From NCBI RefSeq assembly GCF_036321535.1, contig NC_087437.1, positions 21,020,001-21,084,000 of the forward strand: a stretch of 64,000 bases of DNA, written 5' to 3'. Position 1 is the first letter of the stretch. Every line of letters starts with the position of its first letter. Position numbers and translations under genes: made by a program. Positions 49,401 to 58,536 of this stretch are shown in pieces. The notes below the pieces were generated by a model, which did not search any database, was not told the DNA's origin, and saw only the letters and a list, made by a program, of their open reading frames with translations. The stretch comes from Camelus dromedarius. Its lineage: Eukaryota.

Positions 49401-50541
49401 TTTTTAATCTCACAAATTAAGTCCTCTCTTCTATACTTGGTTAGTTCAACACTGCCATCAAGGATGGTCCAGCCACTCAGCCGTCTTCAACAAGATGATT
49501 TCTGTCTTCCTCAGGCTTATCCCCTTGTGGTCACAACTGGGCTGCAGTAGTTCAGAGCCCCACATTTTTTAATAATAGTGTCCAGAGGCAGAAAGAGCTG
49601 TTTTCTTCCACAACAGGAAAGAAACCTTGTGTAAAGTTACCTTCAGCTTCCCCTGAAACACAGGGTTGCCCAGTATTAGCACTAGAATCAGGTTTCTGTT
49701 TGCACAGAGGTACAGAGGGAGGGGATGGTTCTTGGACAGCAAGTGTTTGCCACAGTGCACACTCTCGTTGGCCTCATGGTTGCCCAGCATGGTTCTATTC
49801 CTGTTTTATAGCTAGAGAAACTGAGAGGCTCAGGGAAGTAAAGGGCCTTGCCCAGGGTCATGCAGCTGACTGGGGGAAGGGGGCCCTTTGAATCCTGGCC
49901 CCATCATCTTAAGTATTCTTTTAAAATTATGTGGATTGGTAATTATATTTGTGTTTTATAAACAATAAAAATCAGTTTGACAGGTATAAATATTTATGTT
50001 CTCCCTGGATAGAAGGCTCAGTACATTGGAAGTTTACTGTAAGCATCCTAATACTGTCTTTTCTACATTAGTGTAATTGTTTTCTTCCAACAGCAGTAAC
50101 CCAGTTTTCTTGAAGCCCTGGCAAGTGTCCACATGAGGTCCTGGCCAGTGCTTGACCATCCTTCTTAAGTAGTATCGTTTCCCCCAGCCTCACACACTGT
50201 ACCCCTTCCCAGCTGTATTCTTCTGTTAAAAAATACCAGTCTTTCTTGTACCAAATATTATATTTGTTCATACTATTTTCTCTATACTCCACAGGGGCAA
50301 GGGTTTTGTCCATTTTGTTCATCACTGTGTCCATAGTTTCCGAAATAGGGCCTGACACTTAAAAGATGGTCAGTAAAAACTTGAATTAATAAAGTAAGAT
50401 TTGGCATGAGAGGTTATCAAGAGATTACACTTACTGGATACTATATTTGTCACTTTTTAAAATTTTCTGTTTTTCAACTTTTGAAAAATGATTTTTTTTT
50501 TATTTTCTAGGGAAAATCCAATTGTTGGGAAAACATCTTAG
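4349..50541 (+). CDS. RASA2: RASA2 / GAP1m Ras GTPase-activating protein 2, 5'-partial spliced CDS (19 exons in window; N-terminal exons lie upstream)
   Basis: Joined GT-AG exons give one open frame, [23 protein letters not shown]...[16 protein letters not shown]...[12 protein letters not shown]...[12 protein letters not shown]...[13 protein letters not shown]...[10 protein letters not shown]. This is the GAP1-family C2/RasGAP/PH/Btk architecture; 2023 coding nt in window. Confidence 0.98.
5500..5645 (+). mobile_element. L1M 3' end fragment
   Basis: gatgttaactttgggggaggctgg...ctttgcaacctcctctgaatctataattatttcaaaataa. Confidence 0.65.
6080..6152 (+). CDS. RASA2: RASA2 exon 7, 73 bp, C2B polybasic segment
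   Basis: ggaacag|G AAT GAC CAA...TTT GAG|gtaact; [24 protein letters not shown]. Confidence 0.95.
7640..9060 (-). mobile_element. L2 remnant(s) interrupted by a MIR (~8200-8360)
   Basis: Purine-rich L2-like blocks (ggagtcaaatg..., gccagattataaggagtt); MIR-like cttcagcttcctcatttttgagatgaggataa. Confidence 0.5.
9396..9472 (+). CDS. RASA2: RASA2 exon 8, 77 bp
   Basis: tttacag|GTA ACC AGA...GAA ATT AG|gtatgt; [25 protein letters not shown]. Confidence 0.95.
10354..11167 (+). mobile_element. MULE/MuDR DNA transposon remnant (Ricksha-like), internally deleted
   Basis: Long TIRs built of 15-bp subrepeats; 10-bp TSD TGTAAAATCA/TGTAAAATTA (10344-10353, 11168-11177); frameshifted transposase relic ALAFLP...YFE...FPI...PRTNNNVE...SVWKLI. 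Confidence 0.85.
10834..10857. repeat. (AC)12 microsatellite inside the MULE remnant
   Basis: acacacacacacacacacacacac. Confidence 0.95.
11275..11376 (+). CDS. RASA2: RASA2 exon 9, 102 bp
   Basis: ttttcag|G ATT GAT TTG TGG...CAA GCC TG|gtaaga; [34 protein letters not shown]. Confidence 0.96.
13634..13730 (-). mobile_element. Short young L1 3' tail (camelid-type), antisense, within an older L1M relic (~13460-13810)
   Basis: Poly-T followed by aattgaaata...cagttacaatgtgtcgatctctggtgtacagcacaatgtccc. Confidence 0.65.
13850..14070 (+). mobile_element. MIR SINE
   Basis: gtggttaagagtatggac...ggttcagatccc...gtgaccctggacaagttac...aaatggagataata. Confidence 0.75.
15165..15385 (-). mobile_element. 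MIR SINE carrying an internal micro-inversion
   Basis: ccaggcactattctaagtgcttt...cagataaggaaacaggcacagaga...tttgcccaagatcacacagct; 15218-15247 is in the opposite orientation. Confidence 0.8.
15511..15623 (+). mobile_element. Camelid tRNA-derived SINE (Vic-1-like)
   Basis: A box cagctcagtggtagagc, B box gggttcattccc; TSD aaaaagaaaatcaag/aaaaagaaaaccaag (15496-15510, 15624-15638). Confidence 0.85.
16701..16778 (+). mobile_element. Internally deleted MER8-like (Tigger) MITE
   Basis: Left end tccctcagtatccatgggggattggttcca fused to right end ttcaaacccatgttgttcaagggtcagctg. Confidence 0.7.
17480..18270 (+). mobile_element. L1MC-like 3' region
   Basis: aaagcattccagctaatg...ggaatgatagaa..., ending ctaggtgatgggtgcatg...tttatgtatttttaaatttccattaaaaa. 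Confidence 0.65.
18927..19083 (+). CDS. RASA2: RASA2 exon 10, 157 bp
   Basis: ctttag|G TAT TTG TTA CAA...GAT GTT CAG|gtactt; [52 protein letters not shown]. Confidence 0.96.
19398..19546 (+). CDS. RASA2: RASA2 exon 11, 149 bp, RasGAP domain start
   Basis: gttctag|CCG ATA TCT...GAT ACA CA|gtaaga; [49 protein letters not shown]. Confidence 0.96.
20181..20295 (+). CDS. RASA2: RASA2 exon 12, 115 bp, catalytic arginine finger
   Basis: tttcag|A GAT GCA AAC...GAT GAG|gtacag; [38 protein letters not shown]. Confidence 0.97.
20722..20796 (+). CDS. RASA2: RASA2 exon 13, 75 bp
   Basis: ttccag|ATA TGT GAA...AAT AAG|gtaagt; [25 protein letters not shown]. Confidence 0.96.
21247..21370 (+). CDS. RASA2: RASA2 exon 14, 124 bp
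   Basis: ctacag|GAG AAT CTG...TTT CCT A|gtaagt; [41 protein letters not shown]. Confidence 0.96.
22460..22680 (-). mobile_element. MIR SINE
   Basis: tagataaggaaactggggtttagagaagttaaatgatttgcccagggtc. Confidence 0.7.
23313..23328 (+). promoter_or_regulatory. Candidate CTCF site
   Basis: CCACTAGGTGGTGCTA matches the CTCF core, with TTCAGTAT upstream resembling the TGCAG upstream motif. Confidence 0.55.
23663..23769 (+). CDS. RASA2: RASA2 exon 15, 107 bp, FLR RasGAP signature
   Basis: cctgcag|AT GAC CCT...CAT CCA|gtaagt; [35 protein letters not shown]. Confidence 0.97.
24120..24274 (-). mobile_element. Camelid tRNA-derived SINE (Vic-1-like)
   Basis: ggggattgaacccaggacc...ctctaccactgagctataccc; TSD taatcttgcatat/taatcttgcagat (24107-24119, 24275-24287). 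Confidence 0.88.
26600..26731 (+). mobile_element. Camelid tRNA-derived SINE (Vic-1-like)
   Basis: ggtatagctcagtggtagagtgc...ctgggttcaattccc; perfect 14-bp TSD aaaaatagtcaaca (26586-26599, 26732-26745). Confidence 0.9.
27540..27660 (+). mobile_element. L1M 3' end fragment
   Basis: aaaactcatcagg...tacatttgaaatctg...ctgtaaattatacctcaat followed by an A-tail. Confidence 0.6.
28313..28396 (+). CDS. RASA2: RASA2 exon 16, 84 bp
   Basis: gtttag|GAT CCA CAG...AGC AAG|gtaagt; [28 protein letters not shown]. Confidence 0.96.
28811..28888 (+). CDS. RASA2: RASA2 exon 17, 78 bp
   Basis: ttcttag|TCA AGT TTC...AAA AAG|gtatga; [26 protein letters not shown]. Confidence 0.96.
29146..29358 (-). mobile_element. 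MER20 (hAT-Charlie MITE)
   Basis: Reverse complement follows MER20: gcactgttgaca...tgtttagcag...tagatgccagtagca...aaatgtcccc...ttgagaacctctg. Confidence 0.8.
30548..30680 (+). mobile_element. MER94-like (hAT-Blackjack MITE)
   Basis: TIRs cagggtgacca...tattcaccctg; internal tataatttagtgtccaaacc, gagtgaaaagg. Confidence 0.75.
31545..31747 (+). mobile_element. MER58A-like (hAT-Charlie)
   Basis: ttttctgtaaagggc...gtaaatactttaggcttt...tatagtttgatgattcctg. Confidence 0.75.
31758..32092 (+). mobile_element. MER46C-like (Tigger) element
   Basis: Ends aggttcacaatcctgtatcc / taagagattgtgggttg form TIRs; ttgggaccaga...ttcagaattcag. Confidence 0.7.
32344..32417 (+). CDS. RASA2: RASA2 exon 18, 74 bp
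   Basis: cgtttag|TTC TTG GAT...GAA GG|gtaatg; [25 protein letters not shown]. Confidence 0.96.
32950..33056 (+). CDS. RASA2: RASA2 exon 19, 107 bp, PH domain phosphoinositide-binding basic motif
   Basis: tggcag|G GAG ATG TAT AAA...CAG CCA G|gtagtt; [35 protein letters not shown]. Confidence 0.96.
33111..33158. repeat. T/C-rich simple repeat ending in a poly-T run
   Basis: tctttctttttctttttctttttctttttcttttttttttttttttttt. Confidence 0.9.
37320..38210 (-). mobile_element. L2a LINE 3' portion
   Basis: cattcaacagatattttattgagggcctactgtatgccag...aggaaggcttcagtgagaaagtgatatttgag...aagtcaaggataagtcc. Confidence 0.8.
38230..41300 (+). mobile_element. Decayed L1M with 5' region, ORF1 relic (~38880-39800) and ORF2 fragments
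   Basis: ctggaattgaaaagtacaata...cagtgaacttgaagacagag (ORF1 coiled coil); aataagtgaatttagcaagg, tgttgctggaacaactggata (ORF2). Confidence 0.75.
41380..44350 (-). mobile_element. Antisense L1M fragments, including an L1MB-like 3' end at 42761-43322
   Basis: gatataattcacataccataaaactcaccc...ttttgtgtggacatgtgtttt; minus [23 protein letters not shown] (ORF2 C-terminus). Confidence 0.75.
45300..45540 (+). mobile_element. L2 3' end
   Basis: tgttttgtttactgctatatctcaagtggctaggacagtgtctggtatataatagacattcaat. Confidence 0.7.
46553..46635 (+). CDS. RASA2: RASA2 exon 20, 83 bp, PH domain
   Basis: atttag|GC AAA GAT GCA...AAA AAT|gtaagt; [27 protein letters not shown]. Confidence 0.96.
47248..47254 (+). 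promoter_or_regulatory. Consensus branch point CACTAAC for the exon 21 acceptor
   Basis: Branch A at 47253, 26 nt upstream of the AAG acceptor. Confidence 0.7.
47280..47488 (+). CDS. RASA2: RASA2 exon 21, 209 bp, PH C-terminal helix and Btk zinc motif
   Basis: atgaag|ATG TTC CAA...ACT GC|gtaagt; [69 protein letters not shown]. Confidence 0.96.
47550..47815 (+). mobile_element. L1MB-like 3' fragment
   Basis: ctgatacatgctacagc...gaaagaagccagacacaaagg...agacacaaagtagattagtg. Confidence 0.75.
48184..48287 (+). CDS. RASA2: RASA2 exon 22, 104 bp
   Basis: ccatag|A GGT GTC CCT...ATG GAA G|gtaact; [34 protein letters not shown]. Confidence 0.96.
48639..48828 (+). CDS. RASA2: RASA2 exon 23, 190 bp
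   Basis: tcatag|AG GCC TGT GGG...GGG AGC AA|gtaagt; [62 protein letters not shown]. Confidence 0.96.
49331..49755. mobile_element. MaLR (MLT1-type) LTR remnant
   Basis: tgtccgttagattg...gcaaataacagaaaatcccag... start and ...gtgtttgccaca end, typical of MLT1 LTRs. Confidence 0.55.
50511..50541 (+). CDS. RASA2: RASA2 last exon, coding part with stop
   Basis: ttttctag|[40 protein letters not shown]. Confidence 0.95.
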
Positions 50542-53500
50542 AGTTTGACCAGTTGATTAAGAAGAACTGGAAAATAGAACTTTTGTTGGAGTTTTTCAGT
50601 TCATCGTATATTTTGTTCATAGTATTTAAGAATGAACATTGGCTTCAGTGTCACCTGCATTCATGTTGTATTTAATATTTAATAATCAAAATGAACTGTT
50701 TGGGAATCTTGGTCTTAATGTATTCCTGGAGAATTTAAAAATCAAGATTCCCTTCATATCTTGTCTCAAAAGCCATGTTTCTGCAACTTGTTTTTAATAG
50801 AAAGAATCTTCCTGAAGCTTTGTCACAGAAGGAAAACTCCACATAGCAAGAAACCATCTCTCCTTGTAACACTCCGTGTTCTGTGGACTTTTCACTACCA
50901 TTAGTGCCTGCTCTATACTGCCAACATTGTGTTCTACTAGAAAATTTCAATCCATGACTATTCAGAGCTTTCCATTTAGTTCATCTAGACCCTCCTTCAA
51001 AAAAAAATTAAAAAAGGATTTTCCTCTGGTCCGTTGGTCATTACAGATTCCACTAGGGACAGCGACAGAACAGCAGAAAGCTGCCAGAGCGTCCTTGAAA
51101 GCCAGCAGATCCTCCTGCCTATTTAGGGATGTAAACAGAACAGAACTCCGGAGGAATCAGGGAGCGTGGACTGTTGTGTGCATCTTGTTTACATTTAGGA
51201 TGAGTGATGGCAGATGACATAAAATGAGATCACTAAATTTTTTTCTCATCGTTTTAAACATCAGGTACTCATTTTCTTGATTTGAGAGTTCAGGTTAACG
51301 TGACTTCCAAGGACTTCTCTTCTCAAAAAGAAGAGAAAGTAAACAGTGGGGGAAGGTGGTGGTAAAATCACTAGACTTCACCTGTGACCATGTTATTATA
51401 AGGGCCACCATAGGATGCCCCCCTCCCAGGGTAAGGTTGAGAGCTAACTCCAGAACAGTCACTCGGCGCACTTTAATAATCTGGGCCGCCCCAGATTCTA
51501 CTTTAGATACTCCATGGTATCTAATCTTTATGATCAGTTGAATGATCAGTGTTTAAGTCTAGAAATAGTGCTTTCCTGAAAATGTTTATATCTCATTGCT
51601 GTTTCCTTACTGCCTGCTAGCCAAATGGAATTTGGGCAAGCAACTGTTCGAATTCTACTTTTCCCTAATAATTTACTTTTATCTTAAAAATGATAACTGT
51701 AAATAAGCAGTCGAAGCAAGTTTACCACCTTGAAGTTGAGAGGGATACACTTTGCTTCATCAGTATTAAAAACCATGGTACTCTTATTTTGTCTTTTTAA
51801 ATTTTGTAAATGTGGTACCTTGAACCCTGGAGTATTTTACGTGTTTCTGTTTAAAACTGTGACTTATTAATGTAAGTCTAGCTAGTACTGCTTTTTTTGT
51901 TTCCCTGAGCATAAGCTATGTTTCAAGATAGACTTTGCCAGTTATGTTATTGGTAAGTAATTGTTTTTAAATTCTGTTACTGGATAATTATTTTTAAAGA
52001 CCATTGGCACACAATCAAAGTTGTTCCATAATGACTGTAACCGAACAATGTATTTCTCTAAAGGACTTGTAAAAATCAGTTGGTTTTATTTAAGAATAAG
52101 TCCTAGTCTGCATTATAGTAGGTTATTCCTGGCCCATTTTAAAGACAAGTTTGAAAAAGTCCTTTAAATTTTATGAGCTCGTAGATTCCATACACTACAC
52201 TGACTTATCAGTGTGAAAGAACTTCACATTTAGTAAATTTCTCATTTTTGAATTTCATTTCACTCAGATTGAAATTTCCTTTTAGGAGTCTCTGAGATGT
52301 CTGCCTGGAAAGGATATGTGAGCGTTGCCAGGTACCACACATTTCTCTCTTGTGGCTTCTTTAGTTATATTCTTCTAATTGTTTCTAATATCAAGTCCCC
52401 AATTATGATTGTTTTTTAAAGATCACAGCATTCTCACAGGGACCAAGGCTGTGTGAATACAGAACTCAGAATTTGAAGAGTTCAGTTACTAGTTATTTTC
52501 TTTAAAAGGGTCATGTGAACAGCCAGTTTGACTGGAATTAACCAGCTCGGCACAGCCTAAAAACAAGTAATGTGAAATGAAATTTTCTTTTAAAGTCTTC
52601 TGAAATAAGAGACCATGTCAGTGGGACCCCAGGAAAACCAAGGTACTTACTTGCTTCCAAGGGCCTCGTTCCTTGGCTGTTACTGATGAGTACTATCGTT
52701 ACTACCTGATCTGCTCTTTCTGCCTTTTCCACACTTGAAGAAATACATGGCAGCTCACTTTACCCTAAAACTCTGAAAACCCCAGGAAGGAAAGAAAAGG
52801 ATGATATGGAGAAACTCTTGCCATAAATGCCAGTTCTGGTTCTTAGTTTAGCCATTTTCTTAAGTCAAGATTGTGCTGATCTGTTGCTTGTTTTGTTATT
52901 GTTAGTTTTGTTTTTGTTTAGCTTTGTTTTTTAATATTCATTTAATGAGGGGAAATAGCAAAGAAGTTTTTTACTTCCAGGAATATAATTTATCAAATTG
53001 AACTATTTTATTTGCCAAAGAAATATGTTTATAATATCACGGGTAATGGTTAAGGGTCAAAACAAGACTTTCCTTATTGTACAAAAAGGGTGATGAATGA
53101 TGCGGCTTTTGTTTATTTCTGAAGCCTAATTTCATTCATTTATCAGAAGGCTGCATTCAGCCCAGGTTTTAAATGTTTTTTGGTTTGTTTGTTTTTTTTT
53201 TTAAGTAGAAGCACCTTTAATTTGTTCTAACGGTACATCCTATAAAGACAAAACGCTTCAAAGCCTTTTAGGTATCCTTGCAGTATGTGAAAAATACAGG
53301 GCTCATTCTAGAGATAAACGCCAGTCTTGACTGATATTATCTGCTTCCCTTTTTATTAACTTGGAAATTAATATGTCACTAGTAAGTATTGGTTTTTAGT
53401 GTCCACTTTGAAAATGTAAGTTATCAAAATTTAATGTAGTGAATTTGTGTAACCATGTTGTATTGTTGAGAATGTATTTTTATTTAAATTTTATTTTCTT

Positions 53501-53580
53501 ATCAAGAGTATTATAAAAATTAAAAACTTTTGTAACTGTCGCTTGGAAATAACTCAAATAAATTACAAGAAGCCTATCCA
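50542..53580 (+). other. RASA2: RASA2 3'UTR (~3 kb), end approximate
   Basis: AT-rich, largely repeat-free stretch after the stop codon, ending near candidate poly(A) signals; carries several miRNA 8mers and a Pumilio element. Confidence 0.7.
53519..53562 (+). terminator. Candidate polyadenylation signals ATTAAA (53519-53524) and AATAAA (53557-53562)
   Basis: Hexamers preceded by U-rich/TGTA sequence, at the transition from UTR-like to repeat-containing DNA. Confidence 0.6.
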
Positions 53581-55199
53581 TTCTTTGCGTGACCTTACTT
53601 TCTCACTAATGTAAGATTTTCTTCTCATTTCAAATTACTGTACCTCACTGCTAGTAAGGGAAGGGCAGGAGTGAGGAGTCCTCGGTAACAAAGCAGAAGA
53701 AACCGTCTGGAAAGGACATAGCAGTCTTTTCTTGCATTTAGTCTAGGCTGGTTTTTGAGCACTGTGGTGCTCATTCATTCAGCAGACTTACTTTGAGGAC
53801 CTACAGGGCCAGGCAGGATGCTGAGAGCCATGCACATCCGGTAGGAGAGAATATATTCCACTCTTGTCTGGGTAAATAGTTGAGAGCTGAGTTTTTCAGC
53901 CTCTGTTAGCCTTTTGAAGAATCCCACACTCCGCTCCTTTCAGAAATGTCGACATCAGGGCCTCAGGTTTAGTCAGGTCCTGCGTGGACTCCTACTGGGT
54001 AGCTTGACTTTCAGTGCATCCTGCCGGATGTTAAACTTGACCATGCTGTGCCACTTTGCTGAATGGTCCAGGGAATATAAAGTGACAGCACCAAAGGCCA
54101 GGTTTGTTGATAATTTGTGTCCCGGACAAGAGAAGCCTAAATCCTTCTCCACTTAGTACCGTAAATAAATATCCCTAAATAAACCTTCATAAAACTTAGC
54201 CTCTGTGACACTGGAGGACTTGAAAGTTAACAAAAAGGAAGGACAAGGGTTCTCAATCTCTAAGCATGTTATTTTTATTGAGATACCAGAACCCCACTCA
54301 TATTAGCCCCAGGTGTTAGAACAGGCCTCATCAGAAATATCAGAAGGTTCTAAGAGGGTTCTAGTCTATGATGTAACCAGCTAGTTCTTTAATGAGAGAG
54401 GGGGCCATACTTTGGTTGGGTGTCCCTTTCCAAATTGCATGATTCCAAAATGAAGGACACCTGAGGCCAAGCAGAGGCCCTGTATGTGCCACCAGCTGGT
54501 GTAAGTTTCTCTGCTACTCCAAGTCAACGGCCAGTGTGGCCCCTCGGAGAATCCGTCTTGGGCAGGCGTGACATGCCTCAAAGCAAACTGCCCCCAGTCC
54601 AGAGACCTTGGGTCTTGATTCCTCATATGCATCCTCATCTGAGGTTTAGTCTTTTGTGGCCAAAAGGCTCATCCTTTGGCTTGTCATGTTGCCATTTGAC
54701 ATCTTAGTTTGACAACACCATTTGCCAGCATATTTTAAGCTTATGCCTAGATTTCATATTGACAACAGAGAAGGTGTAACCTGTTTAAAGTCCTAGTAAG
54801 ATTCATTTAGTTTTTTGCCTTGTCAAATCCTCTTTATTTCATGCCATCAAAATCTTTGTATTGATCTACTTTTTGACATGGGCTTAGATATGTGAAGTTT
54901 TGGCTCATCACAGAAAATTCTGTCTGGCATAAACAACACTGTTTTCCAAATTTAACATATTTCTCAACTCCACCTAGAACTGAGAAGGCCACGCTGCACT
55001 GTGAAAGAAGCACCCATCATTTTAGACAGACTCCATGCCGTGCTGCTCTCCTGGAGGCCATTTCCATCATGAAGCCTGAGATACCTGTGTTCATGTGGGA
55101 TATTTGTTTTTAAAGTTTGGGGAACACTGGGATTAAAGTAATTCCAAATCCTGATCCCAAGTCTCAGTCCTAAACTACATCAAAAGTATGCGTCAGGAG

Positions 55200-55640
55200 G
55201 AAGAATACAGACAAAAATTACTGCCTCCTTGGAGCTAGCATTCTGGGGAGAGAAGGAAGATTACATCCACAGCAGTAGGTCAGATGGTAGTAAGTATTAT
55301 GGAGCAAAGGAAAGCAGGGAAGGGAGACGGGGAGTGTCACGTATGGGACTGGAATGTCTGGGATACAGTTTAAAACTAGGTGGTCAGGAAGGCCTCACAA
55401 GGAAGGAGACACGAACAAAGATGTCAACAAGGTGAGGAAAGGGAGTCATAAGCCTAGGAAGGGAAAGGTCCTCCCAGGCAGAAGAAATAAAATGTGGTGT
55501 GCTCAGAAGCAGCCAGGAGGTTAGTGTGGCCAGAGCGAATTGAGTGAGGGGACGGGTAGAAGACGGGTGAGGAAGGGTTTTTGAGTAGAAGAGTGACAGG
55601 ATGGTCTTGGCTGTTTTGGGTTGCTCTGAGTGCTGCATTG
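55200..55640 (-). mobile_element. L2 remnant
   Basis: cagacaaaaattactgcctccttggagctagcattct...ggtggtcaggaaggcctc...ggaggttagtgtggccagag. Confidence 0.7.
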
Positions 55641-56734
55641 AGAGAAGTCTCATGGGCGTAGGAGGCGGGAGGGGCAGGCCCGCCATCTGGTCAACCTGCC
55701 CTTCGGTGGCCTCTCACAGTGGCTCAAGTTGGAGGGCTCCTGCTTTAACGCCACTGTGAGCTGGTCTGCGTGGGTCCAGGTGCTTAGACTCCTTGGATGT
55801 TCTCCCTGACACCGCTGAAGAGAGGAAACCAGCCTCTAGGTTTGGGGGCAGAAGATATTCCTAGAAGTACCAGGTCATCTCCCAACACCCTCTTAACTTC
55901 CTGGAGGTGTTAACATGAGGGGGAAAAGCTCGACGCTGAATCAAAGTGGTGACGAGCCATCCAAGGTAAAAAAATTCAAAGTTTCCAAAATATTATTGTT
56001 GGGAGTACTTAGGAGGGCTCTAGTGTGGTGCCTTTTACACAAATATTGTGAGTCACAATAAGTGTGTTTATCTTCTTTTTCCTTCAGCAAATAAGGAAAC
56101 ATCTGTGGGGGCGCTGATACTTATTTATTTTTGGATGAGCACCGTGATGACTGGAAATATTTCGTATGTGCTATTTCGTATGAAGCACTGCCCCTGAGGA
56201 GGAGCGAGGAGTTAATTGGTGAATAATGCAGACATTCTCTTCTAGTTAACAAGTGTGTCGCACTTGTTTTTAAGTGACATCACCCCGGGCAACTTGCTTC
56301 TCAGTAAAAGGCCAGCAGGGGGAGGAAGGCAGTCCTGGCAGAGGATGCCTCACCGAGCAATCTCAAATCATAACTGCCTTGCCTGTGCCTCAGTTTCCCC
56401 TTGTTTTTTGGCTTCATGGGGCAGCTGAGAAGGCAGATGCACTGCAGACTCAGACCTGCAGCCTCGTCTGGAGCCAGGCCCTCAGGAGGGATGTTTAAGG
56501 GCAGATCCCTACAGTGACGCCAGAAGCCTCCTGCCTGAAAAGCCTGCTGATCCACGTGACTCAGGCACTAAACCTAAGAGAAAAGGGGAGCCTGTGTCTT
56601 ATGATGATGGAGGCCTGCTAAACATACAAGTAACGAGACTCTGACCACGGGCCAGGTGCAGCCCCTGACTCTACACTCTTGAGAAAAAGGCAGGACATTT
56701 GGAGACAATCATGATTTTTAAGATTGGATTGTGA

Positions 56735-57240
56735 GAAACAAAGCCAAATGTCCACACAGAGACTTGTACAGAAGGTTTTAGAGCAGCTTTGTTTGTAACA
56801 GCCAAAAAGTGGAGACAACCTAAATGTCCCTTAACAGGTGAATGGATAACCAAACCAAAACAGATGGATAACCAACAATAGAACTCACTGCCCAGCAAAA
56901 CGAAGAGATGAACTAGCAAACCCAACAACAGGGGTGAATCTCAAAGTCGCTATTTTGAGTGAATGAAGCCGGGCAAAAAAGGGTATGTGCTGTGCGGTTC
57001 ATTTGCATAAAACTCTAGAAAATACAAACGAGTCTCCAGTGACAGAAAGCAGACCAGCAGTCACCTGGGCGGCGGGGGCTGGGGGAAGGGTCACAAGGGC
57101 ACAAGGAAACGGAGGCTGGATCCACTCTCTCTCTTGACTGGGGTGTTGGTCTCATGGCGATTACACGTGTCAAAATTTATCAAATTATACACTTGAAGAT
57201 GTCCAGTTTATTATATGCCAATTATACATCGGTGAACTTT
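56735..57240 (+). mobile_element. L1MB/MC 3' end
   Basis: gcagctttgtttgtaacagccaaaaagtggagacaacctaaatgtcc...aaaatttatcaaattatacacttgaa. Confidence 0.8.
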
Positions 57241-57335
57241 AATATGGATTATCAGTTCGGACTGTTTCTTGGAGAAACTGGTCACATTTCTGCTAGCATC
57301 CCTCCCCTTCCTGGCTGAGTTGGAAAAAGATATTT

Positions 57336-57490
57336 TTTTCTTCTTTGAAAATTTTATTTTATTTGTTTGTTGTTATTTTGGGGGAGGGAGAGGTAATTAG
57401 GTTTATTTTTTAAATGGAAGTACAGTGGATTGAAACCAGGACCTCACGCATGTGAAGCAGGCACTCTACTACTGAGCTATACCCTCCCCC
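57336..57490 (-). mobile_element. Camelid tRNA-derived SINE (Vic-1-like)
   Basis: gattgaaaccaggacctc...ctctactactgagctataccctcccc; TSD tggaaaaagat/tggaaacagat (from 57321 and 57491). Confidence 0.85.
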
Positions 57491-58536
57491 TGGAAACAGA
57501 TTTTTGTGGGGCGCTGCTGACATCAAAAGAGAGAGAGAAATGGGTGTTCCAGATAATGGTGTGTGCACCTGTGAGTGTTCAGGGCAGGGATGAATAAATC
57601 TCTCTCTTTCATAGCAACTGTGATATTAATAATCAACAACCTGAGCATCTGCCGTCTGCCAGGCTGAACGTTTTATAAACGTTCTCTTATTTAATGTTCA
57701 CACAACCTTATGAGGAGATGCTTCTGGACCCATTTTACAGAGCAGGAAACTAAGTCTAAGGGAGATGACATAACTGCCTAAGAAGTGGCCAGCAGATCCA
57801 GGGTTTGAAACAGGTATTTACATACTTTTCAAATTTTCTACAATGAACATGTACTAACCAGAAATATCTTTCAATCTTGCAATTATTATAACCGCTTTGT
57901 AACAACACTCAAACATTTTTCTTCTGTAAGGATAATTCCCACAACTACTGAGCCAATTAGCTGCCACATGCTTAACCTCTCCTTTCAATCTACACTTAAG
58001 AATGGGAAGTGGAGGCTCAGAGTAGGTGATCTCTATGTCCAAAACAACAAAGCTAAGGAGTGGGAGAGCCAGGGTTTGAACCCAGGACACTCTGGGTCTG
58101 GAATGCTTGTCCTTTTCATAGTCTTAGCACCATATCCTACCGCATCCCACCAAATGCTCACAAGGCCATTTAACTCCTGAAGTCCCCTCCAGTCTCGATT
58201 GTGCATGCAGATTTAGCAGAGCTGAAGTCACCGTGTCCATCTGTCACTGCTCTATTTTCTCCTCTGCAGGCCAGGGAAGCAATCTATGAAATCTGCAGTT
58301 TATGTGTCTCCCAACTGCCTCCAGGCCCTCAGATGCTTTCTCAATGGAGACCCCAGCCACGCTGGTGTCATATCACTTTGATACCCAGACAAAAAGCAAG
58401 AAAAAAATTCAGAGGCCATCTCGCTCATGCAAAATCCTAACTAGAAAAGCAGCAAACCAAATCAGGCATTGACCAGCAACTAAACGATGACATGACCAAG
58501 TTGGGTTTATCTCAGACAAGGTTGGTTTAATATTAG

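Noticed and set aside
4349..50541. RASA3 or a pseudogene as alternative identity
   Set aside because: Peptides match RASA2 as recalled (e.g. [20 protein letters not shown]-terminal KYGSKENPIVGK), and all exons are intact with introns.
55677..55695. CCGCCATCTGG YY1/CTCF-like motif
   Set aside because: Only a partial match to either consensus; not supportable from sequence alone.
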